DNA from: a virus
Lineage: Duplodnaviria; Caudoviricetes
Direction: 5' to 3' (one strand)
IMG/VR virus record: IMGVR_UViG_3300017767_000012
Location: 1 to 58,787 of that record
Length of the DNA: 58,787 nucleotides
Part shown: positions 18,353-29,132 of the stretch, piece after piece
Position numbering within the stretch: the stretch's first letter is position 1
How the letters are laid out: every line of letters begins with the position of its first letter
The notes under the pieces: generated by a model
The model's database searches: none
What the model was told of the DNA's origin: nothing
The model's input: the letters and a program-made list of their open reading frames with translations, nothing else
Translations under genes and position numbers: made by a program

Positions 18353-19149
18353 ACATCTTCTCTTCTTGTTGGACTATACTGTTTACCATCAAAGAACATA
18401 GTAGAATTTTCACTAAATCCAAAGTCATCATCTGGTTCTGCGTTAACAGGATCTGGAGTAGCAGTGTACCTCATTTCACGCTTCGCATTTTGTTTGTCAG
18501 TATTTGTATAGTAATCAACTTGAACCTTACGGATGATTCCATCTGTAGATTCTGCAATAGGACCAAATAGATAGGTCTTTGCATTAAATGTCATAGTATA
18601 CATCAATACTCTACGAGTACTGAAATCTCCCTCATATTCATCACTAAAAGTAATGTTCTCTAGAACAACTGGTATATCTCGTTTCTCACCAATAGATGAT
18701 ATCAAATCTACTGTGATATTAAAAGATGGTTGAAAGAAAGGAAGAATTTGTTCTACGATCTGCAATGCATCATCATTCAACTTAGTCATAATATTAAGTT
18801 CAAAACCTATGTTATATGGAACAGGAAGATAAACTTTCTTTACCTTATCATTGCTATCAATTGCTTTATAAGTTTTGGTAACAGAAGTTTTTCTTGTTGC
18901 ATCATATTGTAAGTTTGTCATTTCAAATGACATTCTTGGTAATGATATTGCAGTTGGTTTGTTTAATTCCTGTAACTGTTCTAATCGTGCAAGAAACTTT
19001 CCTCTAGGACCATATGCTAAAGGTACATTAATATCACTAATTACTTTACCATCCTTGTCCTGTTTTTGAACATGAATTTCATTAAAAAGTGTTCCAAAGG
19101 ACACTACAGTCCTTCTTAATATTTCGTGATAAAAGTAAGTACCTAACAT
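18349..19149 (-). CDS. g15: Tail sheath stabilizer / completion protein gp15
   Basis: YFYHEILR, FGTLFN, LPRMSFE, LQIVEQILPFFQP. Confidence 0.95.
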   Translation of the reverse strand: MLGTYFYHEILRRTVVSFGTLFNEIHVQKQDKDGKVISDINVPLAYGPRGKFLARLEQLQELNKPTAISLPRMSFEMTNLQYDATRKTSVTKTYKAIDSNDKVKKVYLPVPYNIGFELNIMTKLNDDALQIVEQILPFFQPSFNITVDLISSIGEKRDIPVVLENITFSDEYEGDFSTRRVLMYTMTFNAKTYLFGPIAESTDGIIRKVQVDYYTNTDKQNAKREMRYTATPDPVNAEPDDDFGFSENSTMFFDGKQYSPTRREDV

Positions 19150-20576
19150 TAATAATTACCAAATGGATTAGTCTCTGCAAAATCAATGATAGAATCTGCC
19201 TCAAATTCAAACTCATCATTAGATGTATAAGCACTAGTGGTATCAACACCAGTGTGGGATAGAACTTGATATCTAGCGGAAGAAGCAGTTCCAGTTATGT
19301 ACTCACCAGGAGTGAATACACCATTATTTATTGACAACTTCAATTTTCTCTCTAATGAATTCCATTCTTTAACATATGCTTCAGTTCCAGAAATAGATCC
19401 AAGAACTCTTTCGTTATAGAAATATGTTCCAATACCAGTAGAAACTGGAGCACCAATTGTGATGATAGGAGTACCTTCATAACCACTACCAGCATTGCTA
19501 AGATATATTCTACTTAACTTATCATTTTCAAGAGTAGCAACTGCTGTTGCCTGTACTTGACCAACTTTACTACCTACAGTTCCTGTAGTTCCAATAGCAA
19601 CATTTTCTGGATGCTGAATGCTAATAATAGGAGGTTGAATATAATTATTACCAATAGAAGTAATACGAATAGAAGTTATACCACTGCTTGTAAGAGATGC
19701 AGTTGCAGCAGCACCTACGCCAGGAGTACCAAATCCAATAGCTGGTGCTTCAGTATATGCAAAACCTGGGTTTTGTATTACTACAGAATCCACAGAATAG
19801 AGACCTGACCTTGATGTGGTGAATGCAAACGCACCAGCTCTACTTGAAGTAACACCAGCAGGAGAGGGTGCGATTGTGACAGGGGGTGTGGAAGTATAGT
19901 TATATCCGTCATCATTCAGCGTGATAAATTGTAGGGCACCTTGAGATGCAAATGAGTCAACTATTGCAACAGCAGTTGAACCAATACCTGCCAAAGCAAC
20001 TGTAGTTACTTCTCCTTCATCATCAACTCTTTGATCTATTACAGCAACATTAGTATCAATGTACTCATCCTCATAACGGAATAATTCACAGTTAAGTTCG
20101 TAGATATAATTCTTACCAAGTTGATAGAATGGATTCTCAAACTCTACATGTTTGATTTCAAAAAGTCTTTCTCCCAATGGAAAATATATTAAATCACCTT
20201 CTTTAGGTCTCTCACCAAACATGATCTCAGTTCCAGCATTCTTTGGATCATGAGTAACAACAAAGGGTGCTATAAAATCTTCATATCTTTCTCTTGATAC
20301 TGTTAGTGTAATTTCATTTTCTAAATTAACACCAAACTTAGTCATGATATCACTACCTTTAGCATACCCTTCGTATTTGTTTAAGTATGCCTCAAGAACA
20401 TATGCATCATTAAATTTAGATGATTGCACTTCTCCAAGTACATCATCAGTTTCTATCATTTTTCTGGGTAGATAATAAACATCTATCCCGAATATTTTTA
20501 AGTGTTCGTCAATTAATTCTTGAACAAGTCTTTGTTCACTTGGCGAACCTTGAAGAAAGAATGGATTAAGTGCCAT
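19149..20576 (-). CDS. g14: Neck protein gp14 with Gly/Thr-rich C-terminal extension
   Basis: RPKEGDLIYFP, FYQLGKNY, ETNPFG; GxGY repeats. Confidence 0.93.
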   Translation of the reverse strand: MALNPFFLQGSPSEQRLVQELIDEHLKIFGIDVYYLPRKMIETDDVLGEVQSSKFNDAYVLEAYLNKYEGYAKGSDIMTKFGVNLENEITLTVSRERYEDFIAPFVVTHDPKNAGTEIMFGERPKEGDLIYFPLGERLFEIKHVEFENPFYQLGKNYIYELNCELFRYEDEYIDTNVAVIDQRVDDEGEVTTVALAGIGSTAVAIVDSFASQGALQFITLNDDGYNYTSTPPVTIAPSPAGVTSSRAGAFAFTTSRSGLYSVDSVVIQNPGFAYTEAPAIGFGTPGVGAAATASLTSSGITSIRITSIGNNYIQPPIISIQHPENVAIGTTGTVGSKVGQVQATAVATLENDKLSRIYLSNAGSGYEGTPIITIGAPVSTGIGTYFYNERVLGSISGTEAYVKEWNSLERKLKLSINNGVFTPGEYITGTASSARYQVLSHTGVDTTSAYTSNDEFEFEADSIIDFAETNPFGNY

Positions 20577-20577
20577 A

Positions 20578-21429
20578 TCATCCTATCATATCAAGTGGAG
20601 GCATTTCGTAATCTGTCATCATTTTGTCTTCTATTCTTTGTATTTCCATAACAGCATCTTCGTATATTTGTCTACCATTTAATTCAATTCCACCTGGAAG
20701 TTTAACTCCTTGAAATTTGGTTAAATTAGTACCCCATTGCTTTTTGACTGCTTGGGTAAAATATCTTTTGATGAAGTAATCATTATAGACTCCACTATAA
20801 TTAGCAGGATCCATAATTCTATAACAATTTAAAATTATGTATGTACCTTCCGTCATTGATCCCCAATCAATATCAAGATATAACTTTCCATTTCTCTTAT
20901 TAAATCTAGTTGGTTTTTCTGTAGACAGTAAAAAATCAATGTCCTCTAGATAGGTCTTAGTCATTGCATAACTTAAAAGTCCACTGTATCCAAGATTAAA
21001 TGCAACATCATTTAGGAACAATTGATATTTGAAACTGAACATATTGTTTGATATAAAACTTGCATCAAAAACAAATACTCTTTCTATACCAATAATTGAA
21101 TCTGGTAATGGAAATTCACTTTGGTTTTCTTCCCAATTAAAAGTAGTTGTAGTAGCAGCACCTACAATATTAGTAGTTGTACTTGTTGTAGTAATACCCA
21201 AAGTATTTGAAGCACCTCTTGCTCTACCACGCTTTATGTCATCAGCAGTAATTTTATATTTTAAATAAACCCTCTCTACACCATCAAAGTGGCGTTCATA
21301 AAAGAGTTGTAAAGTATCGTCAAGTGCGTCTTCAACTTGCTCATCAGCGACATTAATTTCTAATACAGGAGCACCAAGTTGTCTGAGAGCATAGTCTTTC
21401 AACTGCTCTCTTGTGGTTGGTTTTGCCAT
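20578..21429 (-). CDS. g13: Neck protein gp13
   Basis: LRQLGAPVLEINV, QWGTNLTKFQGVKLPGG. Confidence 0.95.
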   Translation of the reverse strand: MAKPTTREQLKDYALRQLGAPVLEINVADEQVEDALDDTLQLFYERHFDGVERVYLKYKITADDIKRGRARGASNTLGITTTSTTTNIVGAATTTTFNWEENQSEFPLPDSIIGIERVFVFDASFISNNMFSFKYQLFLNDVAFNLGYSGLLSYAMTKTYLEDIDFLLSTEKPTRFNKRNGKLYLDIDWGSMTEGTYIILNCYRIMDPANYSGVYNDYFIKRYFTQAVKKQWGTNLTKFQGVKLPGGIELNGRQIYEDAVMEIQRIEDKMMTDYEMPPLDMIG

Positions 21430-24400
21430 CAGAATGTTCCTCCATCAATCGAATTAGACCATATTGGATTTCCAGAAGCATTCGTGGTAAGAACATACTC
21501 GGAAACAGTCAAGAATCCAACAGTACTTAGGCCACTAACAATCTTACCTGTTGCGTCAAAGTATGCGATTCCATTAGGACCACTATATCCAATACCATTT
21601 GCGGAATCTGGATAATATAAACCATCTCTAAATGTACCATATCCTACGACCTGTAGGTTATCATTAACATCTACTTGATCCTCAAAAGATTCAAGAACTA
21701 ATTTTCCACTTGTAGTAGTAATCTTAGTAGTAGAAGTAGCAGTACCAATCTGAATATTCTTGGAAGTTGTTACTCCAGTGATGATCATAGCAGCAATTGT
21801 TGCTATACCACTAACATTAAGATTTCTAGAATTTGTTTCATCGTATATAAGATCACCGATGACATTTAAGTTTCCTGCAATGAATACATCATCGTTGAAA
21901 GTTGTGATTCCAACAACAGTCATTCCTGCACTAACAACAGCATCAGTAGAAACTAATAATGTTCCAGTTTGTAATTCACCACTAACACTAACACCAGCAC
22001 CTAAAGTTTCTAGTCTAGGACCGTTATTATGGAATAATTTAACTGAACCATCAGCAGTGAAGTTGGCGAGAGTTTCACCAGTATACTTCTGTAACTGAAT
22101 CTCATTAGAACGAATTGCAAGAGCACCAGTTCCCGAATCGTCAATGTAAGATCCGAAAGATGGATTATGATAGATCTTAAGATCTCCACCATCTCCAAAG
22201 TGTGCAGCAGCATTATCTGCATAAGTTACAATACCACTAACCTGACTGTCTGTTAGAGTAAGAGAAGTTATAACACCAGCATTTATTTTGGCGTTAAGTA
22301 TGTCACCCTCTGTAACATCAATAGTGGTAATAGTTGCAGCAGTACCAACTAAGTCGGTTGCAATACCAGATGTTATCTTAACAGTTTTAAGATCCGCAGT
22401 CTCTGTATCGAAAGTTGCAATAGTACCAACACCTGATACATTAAGATCATCTAATTCTGTATGTCCATCTACATCAACATCACCATTAAAGTCAGCAGCA
22501 CCAGCAAAGGTTGAAACTCCAGTAACATTAATTCTTTCAAATCTAGCAGTGTCTAGAACATCTAACCTATCTCTAACTGCAGCAGTACCAATACCAATCT
22601 TCTGATTAGCATCAACACGCATTGCTTCTACATTGTCTGTAGAAAGACGGATTGTTCCATCACTACCACTGTCGGAAAGAGCAACAGATGTATCACCTTT
22701 TTGGAATGCATCCAACTGAATAGTTGTAGCAGTTAAGATACCTAAGACATTGACATCACCAGTAATGTTGATGTCTCCTGAACCAGCAGGATCAATGTTA
22801 ATATCTCCTGAAGTTGATTCAATGTTATTTCCAGCTATCTGGATATTACCAAATGTACCACTTGTAGGTGTTACTGTACTACTATCAGTGCCATCAGTTA
22901 TGACTAGTGAAGATAGTGCCTGAAGACTGGTTACTTGTTGTGAGAATGATACTGTACCATTTTCTTGGTCAACATAGAACGCTTCACCAACTCTGAAGTC
23001 TCCTTTTTGGTCAATACTTACATAAGAAACATCACCGCCATTAACTTCAGTAACTTCGTTTGCTTGTATCGCTAAGTTAGGATCGTTAGTAATATCACTA
23101 CCAGCACCAACATGGTTGAAGTTGAGTGCGAACATTCTTAGTGAAACACCGTCACCATCAGCAACTACACCTTTCTGTCCATACTCAACAGCACAACCAA
23201 CTGAACGCATGTCAGCACCAAACTGACTGTAATCAGCAAGGATGACCTTTGTTGCAGTTCCTACTCCACTATTAGGTTGAGTAATTCTGATGTCCTGATT
23301 ACGAATTACATCATCAGTTGTAGTTTTAATACCAGTAGAACCATCAAAGTGAAGAAGTAGAACTGTGTCCTTATCTCCTGTTGGTGCAGTAGTAGGAGCA
23401 GTAAAGTTTGCTGTATACTTAGCAACACCTCTTTCGATTCTTACTTCATCAATCCAACCTGTTACATTATTGCTTGCTCCATCAAAATCAGCACCAAATA
23501 CAATACCCTTAGATGCACCGTAATCGGTAGTATCAGAAGTCTTGATACCTCTCTGTGTACCATCAACAAATAGTCTTGTGTTTGTACCACCTCTTGCAAC
23601 TGCATAGTGTTTCCAAACTCCAGTAGCAATACCAGCACCAGATCCAGTGATAGCAGTAGTTGTACCAACTCTTAGATCAACTTCACCAGCAGCACGATAT
23701 GCAAGACTTAGACCGTTAGTATCAGATCCATTATCTCTTAAGTCAAAGAGAGTTGCACTAGAGAGTCCAGTTGTATTTGAGTATGCCCAGAATTCAATTG
23801 TGAAGTCTGTGTTAGTTCCAAATCCAATATCTCCACTAGAAGGAACACTAATAGAATCATTACTACCATCTAACTTAAGTGCAGCACTACCAAATTTCTT
23901 AACAGTAGTATCTAACTGAGCACCATCATTAAATGTTATCGACTTAGCAGTCCTAGCATTAAGAACTTCAAATCCAGTTTGCTTGCCAGTTACGCCTAAG
24001 TAAGTTCCATCATAAGATGCAACAACAGCAGTACCTAATCCAGTAGATCCATCAGTGTCAAAGACGGTGATTGTATTACCAACACCAACTGTTGTGATGC
24101 CCGACAATCTCAATCTAGTCTGACCAGTAGATGAAATACCAGCAGTTCCAGATATACCCTTAATCGCTTCGGATGAGAAATATGTAAATGCGTTTAGATA
24201 CTCAACACGAGCACCGTTGGTCATTACAACACCTTGACTGTTAGGAACAATGAATGTACATTCATTGAACAACATTGCTGCTTCTAGAGATCCTGACTGT
24301 ACTTCAGATCCATCAATAAACGCACCACCACCAGAGATATATGATGAAGGTGGTGAATCAGCAGATGCATAACCATATGGGTCAGTTGCAGTTACATTAC

Positions 24401-27400
24401 TACCTTTGTTTAATACCGTTACACGCTGTACATATGGTGATCTTGATGTAATAGCAATACCAGGTTCATACTTGAACGCAAATCCTTCATTAGTTGCTGT
24501 ATTGAAGAACATATCAGCGATAGTCATGTCTTCAACGACTGATCTATCATTCAATAAGAATGCGTCTTTTTGTTTAGTAGCAGTTGTCGGTACAACCTTA
24601 GTAGCACGAAGACCGTTACCTTTAACTGTAACACCTGCAGGAACATATAATGGGAATGTTTCTTCATAGACACCACCACCAATATTCAATGTCTCATTTT
24701 CTCCTGTAACTAATGGAGAAACACCTACATTTAAACTAAATGATGTGGAATTTATTACAGTAACAGCAGTTGTTACTCCTGCAATAGGATCACCTACACG
24801 AGGGTAAGTATGCGAAGTTGCATTATTATCCTTTGTACATGTAAATGATATTGAATTGTTATCAAGAGTGATAGTATCAGCAGTTGATAATCCATGAGCA
24901 CTACCAAATGATAATATTAATTCTCCAGTATGCTCGTTATAAGTTGCTCCGTTGGGAGACTTTTGATTACCAGACTCAGCACCACTCTGAACATTAACTG
25001 CATCAGTAGCAGTACCTCCATTGTAAGTATGTGGATACTTATTAGAAATTCTTGATAGAGCATACTTGATAGATTTGAATGGTCTATCATCTGTACGACC
25101 ACGAGAAGGTTCGTTATCATCAACACCATGTGTGTCAACAAACCATACATCAGCACCAGGATTGACAGTAGCAATACCAATCTGTGCAGGTTCACGCCAA
25201 GTGATAGTTCCATCAGGATTGGTGCTCAGAATGTGCTGAGTATTGATACCAACAACTCCTGTGGAATCATATAGTGAAGTTACATAACCAGCATTTATTT
25301 TTGCATTAACTGCATCAAAGTTAGCAGCATCAATCGTAGTGATTGTAGCAGCAGTACCAACAATGTCTGTGATAATACCAGAGGTAATCTTGACATCTTT
25401 AAGATCAGCAGTCTCTGTGTCAAAGACTGTAATGGTTGCATAAGTACCAACTATTGATGTTACAACACCTGCTGTTATCTTAGCATTTACAATGTCACCT
25501 TCTGTGGCATCTATTATTGTAATTGTAGCAGCAGTACCAACAATATCGGTAACTGCTAATCCAGTAATATTTGTATTCTTAGCATCAAGAGTCTCTGTGT
25601 CAAAGACTGTAATGGTTGCATAAGTACCAACCAATGATGTGACAACACCAGCAGTAATCTTAGCATTTACTATATCTCCTTCAGTTGCATCAATCGTTGC
25701 GATTGTAGCAGCAGTACCAACAATGTCAGTAATGATACCAACAGTAATCTTGGCATTAACTGCATCAAGATTCTGTGCATCGATAGTAGTTATAGTCGCT
25801 GCAGTACCAACAATGTCAGTTACAGCAACTCCAGTAATGCTTATATTCTGAGCATCTAATGTCTCTACATCAAGAGTAGTGATTGTACCATAAGTACCAA
25901 CCAATGATGTGATAATACCAGAAGTAATCTTAGCATTTCTAATATCCGCATTAAAGAGATCAGAAGTTAATATCGTAGCAGCAGCAGAAACATTAATATC
26001 GGTTACAATACCAGATTGAATCGTAGCAGTAACTATATCTGCTTGTTCAAAATCAGCAACAGTAATAGTTGCATGAGTACCAACAAGATCAGTTACAACA
26101 CCAGCAGTGATCTTAGCATCTAAAATGTCTGCAGCATCTAAATGTGCAGTGCCATCAATGTAAATATCTCTCCACTGTACAGTAGGTTCACCTATATCAA
26201 GAGTATCATCAACAGTAGGATTCCACTTAAGATTAGACTCCCATGCCTCTCTTGATGTATTGTATTGAATAGTTTTGTCGGTAGTACCCTTAAGAATAAT
26301 ACCCCCATTATCGGCAGTCGCATCTGCATGGTTGCCAGTGGAACTAAAACCAAGTTCAATATTCTTATCAGTAACTTGAATTACAGAACTCTGAACAAAA
26401 CTTGTATTACCCTGAACTGTAAGATCGCCAACAACAGTAAGAGCACCACCAACACGAACATCGTCTTGGAAGTCAGCATCTTGGAAGGTTACATATGTAC
26501 CAACTAAAGATGTTACTAAACCAGTTGTAATCTTGATATCAGAAGCATCAACAAACTCAAAGTCTGCTGTATTATAAGTTACACCAAAACCAGTAATCGA
26601 TGTTACAACACCAGTTACAGTCTTTAGTACATTAATATCTGCATCATCAGCATCGAATGTAGTGATAGTTGCATATGTACCAACTATAGATGTGATAACA
26701 CCAGAAGTTATTTTTACATCAGAAAGATCAGCAGTCTCAGTATCAAGTATCGCTATTGTAGCACCAGTACCAACAAGATCCGTTACGATACCTGCTGTTA
26801 TCTTAGCTGCTAAAATATCTGCATTTACAAAATCTACATTAGTAATCGTTGCAGCAGTACCAACAGTATCTGTGATAATACCAGACTGAATCTTAGCATT
26901 TGTAATTGCAAAATCAGTTGCTAAACCAGCAGTTACTTTGATGTCTTCTATACCAAGATTATCTACATCAAGAGTTGGTACAGTTGTAACACCAGAAATA
27001 ACTGTATTACCAGTACCCTTATCGACAATCAATACACCACCGACATCGAGCAATCCGAATGGTCGAGTAGTTCCTATTCCAACATAACCTAATTGATTTC
27101 CATCAATCCAGTTTCCAAGTGAACTACCGATAGTAAGTTGATTATCACTCTTAGCAATTGCAACATCTCTTTCATATCCAATTATGACATTACCACTACC
27201 AGTTGTTACATCACCAGCAGAATAACCAATCGCAATATTTCTACTACCATCTACACTGAATAATGAATATGGACCTATGGCAATGTTTTTGCTTTGTTGC
27301 CTTGCACCAGTACCACCACTTAGGAAACGACCATTGATACTACTTACAGTACCAGTAAGAGTTTGGAATCCAAATGGTATAGTAAATGTGTCATTTAAAA

Positions 27401-28550
27401 CATATCCGTCACCTGGAGATATTACATCAATTCCTGTGACCAGACCAGTAGCACCAGTCTGAAGTCTTACTATTAAACCTTCACCAGATCCACTTGTTTC
27501 TGTTACATCAGTAGATTCATCATGATTAGCAATAGCAGTTTGCTGACCAATTGAAATGCTTAAAGTAACACCATCCACAACAGGGAAAGTGTCACCATAC
27601 ATTGCTTGATTACCAAGAGCAATGTTTTCATCGTTACCACTAGATGATAAAGCAAAACCTACCTTATCACCAACCATTAAGTTCTTGGTACCTTGTAGTC
27701 TATAACCTGCAAAGTTACCAACAACAATATTAGATTCTAATTCATCAGCGTTATTCCCAGTACCTGCATTTTGTAATGCACTGGCACCAATCGCTATATT
27801 TCGTCTGTTAGCAGTCGATTGACCCATACCAGTGGCAGCATAGTCACCGATGAATATTGATCCATCAGCACTACTAATACCAGATGCAGTCTCACGACCA
27901 ATCTTAATTAAATTTCTAGAGAAGTCAAGATTATTGGTAAGCGTAGTTATACCAGTAATCTCTACATTATTAGCAGTAAGAGCATGTCCTACATTGACCT
28001 GAACATAGTTAGCACTTGTTCCTGTTAAGGTAGTAACAAGTCCTGATACTGTATACAGATTATCAATCGCACCATCAACAATGGTTGCTTTAGTATTGAA
28101 GATGGTGGCAATTGTACCAACACCTGTTATATTAATATTTCTACCAGTTACTTCATCATATACTAAATCTCCAGTAACATTTAAGTTACCACCAACATAA
28201 AAATCTCCTTGGTTAGTACCAACTCCAGCGTTATGGAAATCAGTTATTACAGACCAAGATTTTACCTTAGCATTAGCATCTAAGATAAGTGCTTTAGATG
28301 CTTCCCTGTTACCGTAGTTAGCAGGACTTTCTGGTATTAGACTAGTATAATATTCACCACCGATTACAATCGGAGCTGCTGTAGGACCTGCAGGGTTACC
28401 AATATATAATTTCTTATAGGATTTACCAGCACCAACATCACTGGTATCGTAAGTATAAACAAGTTCACCAAAAGATACACCAGTACCGACTGGTGCAATA
28501 TTAGGAGGCGAAGTTCCTAGAGTTCTTTTTAATAGTAGGGTAGCTGACAC
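21429..28550 (-). CDS. Giant tail-fibre-like structural protein (2373 aa) with beta-repeat shaft, pectin-lyase-like region and LamG-like lectin domain
   Basis: 30-aa repeats; NxAIG YadA-like repeats; RPFKSIKYAL...GVYEETFP; DFTIEFW...WKHYAVAR...GWIDEVRI. Confidence 0.85.
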   Translation of the reverse strand: MSATLLLKRTLGTSPPNIAPVGTGVSFGELVYTYDTSDVGAGKSYKKLYIGNPAGPTAAPIVIGGEYYTSLIPESPANYGNREASKALILDANAKVKSWSVITDFHNAGVGTNQGDFYVGGNLNVTGDLVYDEVTGRNINITGVGTIATIFNTKATIVDGAIDNLYTVSGLVTTLTGTSANYVQVNVGHALTANNVEITGITTLTNNLDFSRNLIKIGRETASGISSADGSIFIGDYAATGMGQSTANRRNIAIGASALQNAGTGNNADELESNIVVGNFAGYRLQGTKNLMVGDKVGFALSSSGNDENIALGNQAMYGDTFPVVDGVTLSISIGQQTAIANHDESTDVTETSGSGEGLIVRLQTGATGLVTGIDVISPGDGYVLNDTFTIPFGFQTLTGTVSSINGRFLSGGTGARQQSKNIAIGPYSLFSVDGSRNIAIGYSAGDVTTGSGNVIIGYERDVAIAKSDNQLTIGSSLGNWIDGNQLGYVGIGTTRPFGLLDVGGVLIVDKGTGNTVISGVTTVPTLDVDNLGIEDIKVTAGLATDFAITNAKIQSGIITDTVGTAATITNVDFVNADILAAKITAGIVTDLVGTGATIAILDTETADLSDVKITSGVITSIVGTYATITTFDADDADINVLKTVTGVVTSITGFGVTYNTADFEFVDASDIKITTGLVTSLVGTYVTFQDADFQDDVRVGGALTVVGDLTVQGNTSFVQSSVIQVTDKNIELGFSSTGNHADATADNGGIILKGTTDKTIQYNTSREAWESNLKWNPTVDDTLDIGEPTVQWRDIYIDGTAHLDAADILDAKITAGVVTDLVGTHATITVADFEQADIVTATIQSGIVTDINVSAAATILTSDLFNADIRNAKITSGIITSLVGTYGTITTLDVETLDAQNISITGVAVTDIVGTAATITTIDAQNLDAVNAKITVGIITDIVGTAATIATIDATEGDIVNAKITAGVVTSLVGTYATITVFDTETLDAKNTNITGLAVTDIVGTAATITIIDATEGDIVNAKITAGVVTSIVGTYATITVFDTETADLKDVKITSGIITDIVGTAATITTIDAANFDAVNAKINAGYVTSLYDSTGVVGINTQHILSTNPDGTITWREPAQIGIATVNPGADVWFVDTHGVDDNEPSRGRTDDRPFKSIKYALSRISNKYPHTYNGGTATDAVNVQSGAESGNQKSPNGATYNEHTGELILSFGSAHGLSTADTITLDNNSISFTCTKDNNATSHTYPRVGDPIAGVTTAVTVINSTSFSLNVGVSPLVTGENETLNIGGGVYEETFPLYVPAGVTVKGNGLRATKVVPTTATKQKDAFLLNDRSVVEDMTIADMFFNTATNEGFAFKYEPGIAITSRSPYVQRVTVLNKGSNVTATDPYGYASADSPPSSYISGGGAFIDGSEVQSGSLEAAMLFNECTFIVPNSQGVVMTNGARVEYLNAFTYFSSEAIKGISGTAGISSTGQTRLRLSGITTVGVGNTITVFDTDGSTGLGTAVVASYDGTYLGVTGKQTGFEVLNARTAKSITFNDGAQLDTTVKKFGSAALKLDGSNDSISVPSSGDIGFGTNTDFTIEFWAYSNTTGLSSATLFDLRDNGSDTNGLSLAYRAAGEVDLRVGTTTAITGSGAGIATGVWKHYAVARGGTNTRLFVDGTQRGIKTSDTTDYGASKGIVFGADFDGASNNVTGWIDEVRIERGVAKYTANFTAPTTAPTGDKDTVLLLHFDGSTGIKTTTDDVIRNQDIRITQPNSGVGTATKVILADYSQFGADMRSVGCAVEYGQKGVVADGDGVSLRMFALNFNHVGAGSDITNDPNLAIQANEVTEVNGGDVSYVSIDQKGDFRVGEAFYVDQENGTVSFSQQVTSLQALSSLVITDGTDSSTVTPTSGTFGNIQIAGNNIESTSGDINIDPAGSGDINITGDVNVLGILTATTIQLDAFQKGDTSVALSDSGSDGTIRLSTDNVEAMRVDANQKIGIGTAAVRDRLDVLDTARFERINVTGVSTFAGAADFNGDVDVDGHTELDDLNVSGVGTIATFDTETADLKTVKITSGIATDLVGTAATITTIDVTEGDILNAKINAGVITSLTLTDSQVSGIVTYADNAAAHFGDGGDLKIYHNPSFGSYIDDSGTGALAIRSNEIQLQKYTGETLANFTADGSVKLFHNNGPRLETLGAGVSVSGELQTGTLLVSTDAVVSAGMTVVGITTFNDDVFIAGNLNVIGDLIYDETNSRNLNVSGIATIAAMIITGVTTSKNIQIGTATSTTKITTTSGKLVLESFEDQVDVNDNLQVVGYGTFRDGLYYPDSANGIGYSGPNGIAYFDATGKIVSGLSTVGFLTVSEYVLTTNASGNPIWSNSIDGGTF
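25275..26960 (-). repeat. Tandem about 90-nt (30-aa) coding repeats in the fibre, interrupted at about 26150-26460
   Basis: Unit like IVGTAATITTIDATEGDIVNAKITAGVVTS; 42 nt identical at 25410-25451 and 25590-25631. Confidence 0.9.
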
Positions 28551-28762
28551 TAGTAGATACCCCCATCAATGATTGCTGCAGGGAAACTTTTCGTAGTGAT
28601 AAAGTTGCTTGTTGCAGCATCGTATACAAGCAAACTTCCGTCTTCGAGATTGCTTGAGTTAACATCAGACAGCAAAGATAATCGTCCACCTGAACCTCCA
28701 CCAAGAGATCCACTGGCGATTACTTTTACCTGATTGCCTGTACCTATTCTGAGAGATGGCAT
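28550..28762 (-). CDS. Small fibre-associated protein (70 aa)
   Basis: LSLLSDV...DGSLLVYD, C-terminal IDGGIY resembling the fibre C-terminus IDGGTF. Confidence 0.7.
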   Translation of the reverse strand: MPSLRIGTGNQVKVIASGSLGGGSGGRLSLLSDVNSSNLEDGSLLVYDAATSNFITTKSFPAAIIDGGIY

Positions 28763-28764
28763 GG

Positions 28765-29103
28765 TTACCTTGTGACTCCTACTCTAACTAGGATCATACC
28801 CTCAACGACCTTATATTTGTAACCAGATGCGTCGCTCAAAAGAACATCATATACATAACGGCCAGGTTTTATTTCAACTGTTTCAGTCGAACCCAAAGAA
28901 ATTTGAATTTGACCTTCATCAGGGTCGGTAATTGTAGATGCAAAGGAAACAGATGTGGTTGATCCAGCCCACTTTCTCATTTGGGATGTACAAGTGTAGT
29001 TATTCAGGTTCAAAAATGTTCCTGTGTCACTATCACCCAAGCTAAAACCGTGCTGAAAATCTACACCAGCTTCTATTTGAAGATTTGCAATGTAGACGGC
29101 CAT
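28765..29103 (-). CDS. Conserved Ig-like/BppU-like virion protein
   Basis: GRYVYDVLL...KVVEG motif; late promoter ACTAAATA at 29138-29145. Confidence 0.75.
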   Translation of the reverse strand: MAVYIANLQIEAGVDFQHGFSLGDSDTGTFLNLNNYTCTSQMRKWAGSTTSVSFASTITDPDEGQIQISLGSTETVEIKPGRYVYDVLLSDASGYKYKVVEGMILVRVGVTR

Positions 29104-29132
29104 CTGTTAACAACATTCGAGATTATCCTATA

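Noticed and set aside
25275-26960. Possible CRISPR array or DGR template/variable repeat
   Set aside because: Repeats are in-frame coding units without unique spacers; no reverse transcriptase or cas gene is in the window and no adenine-specific mismatch pattern was evident.
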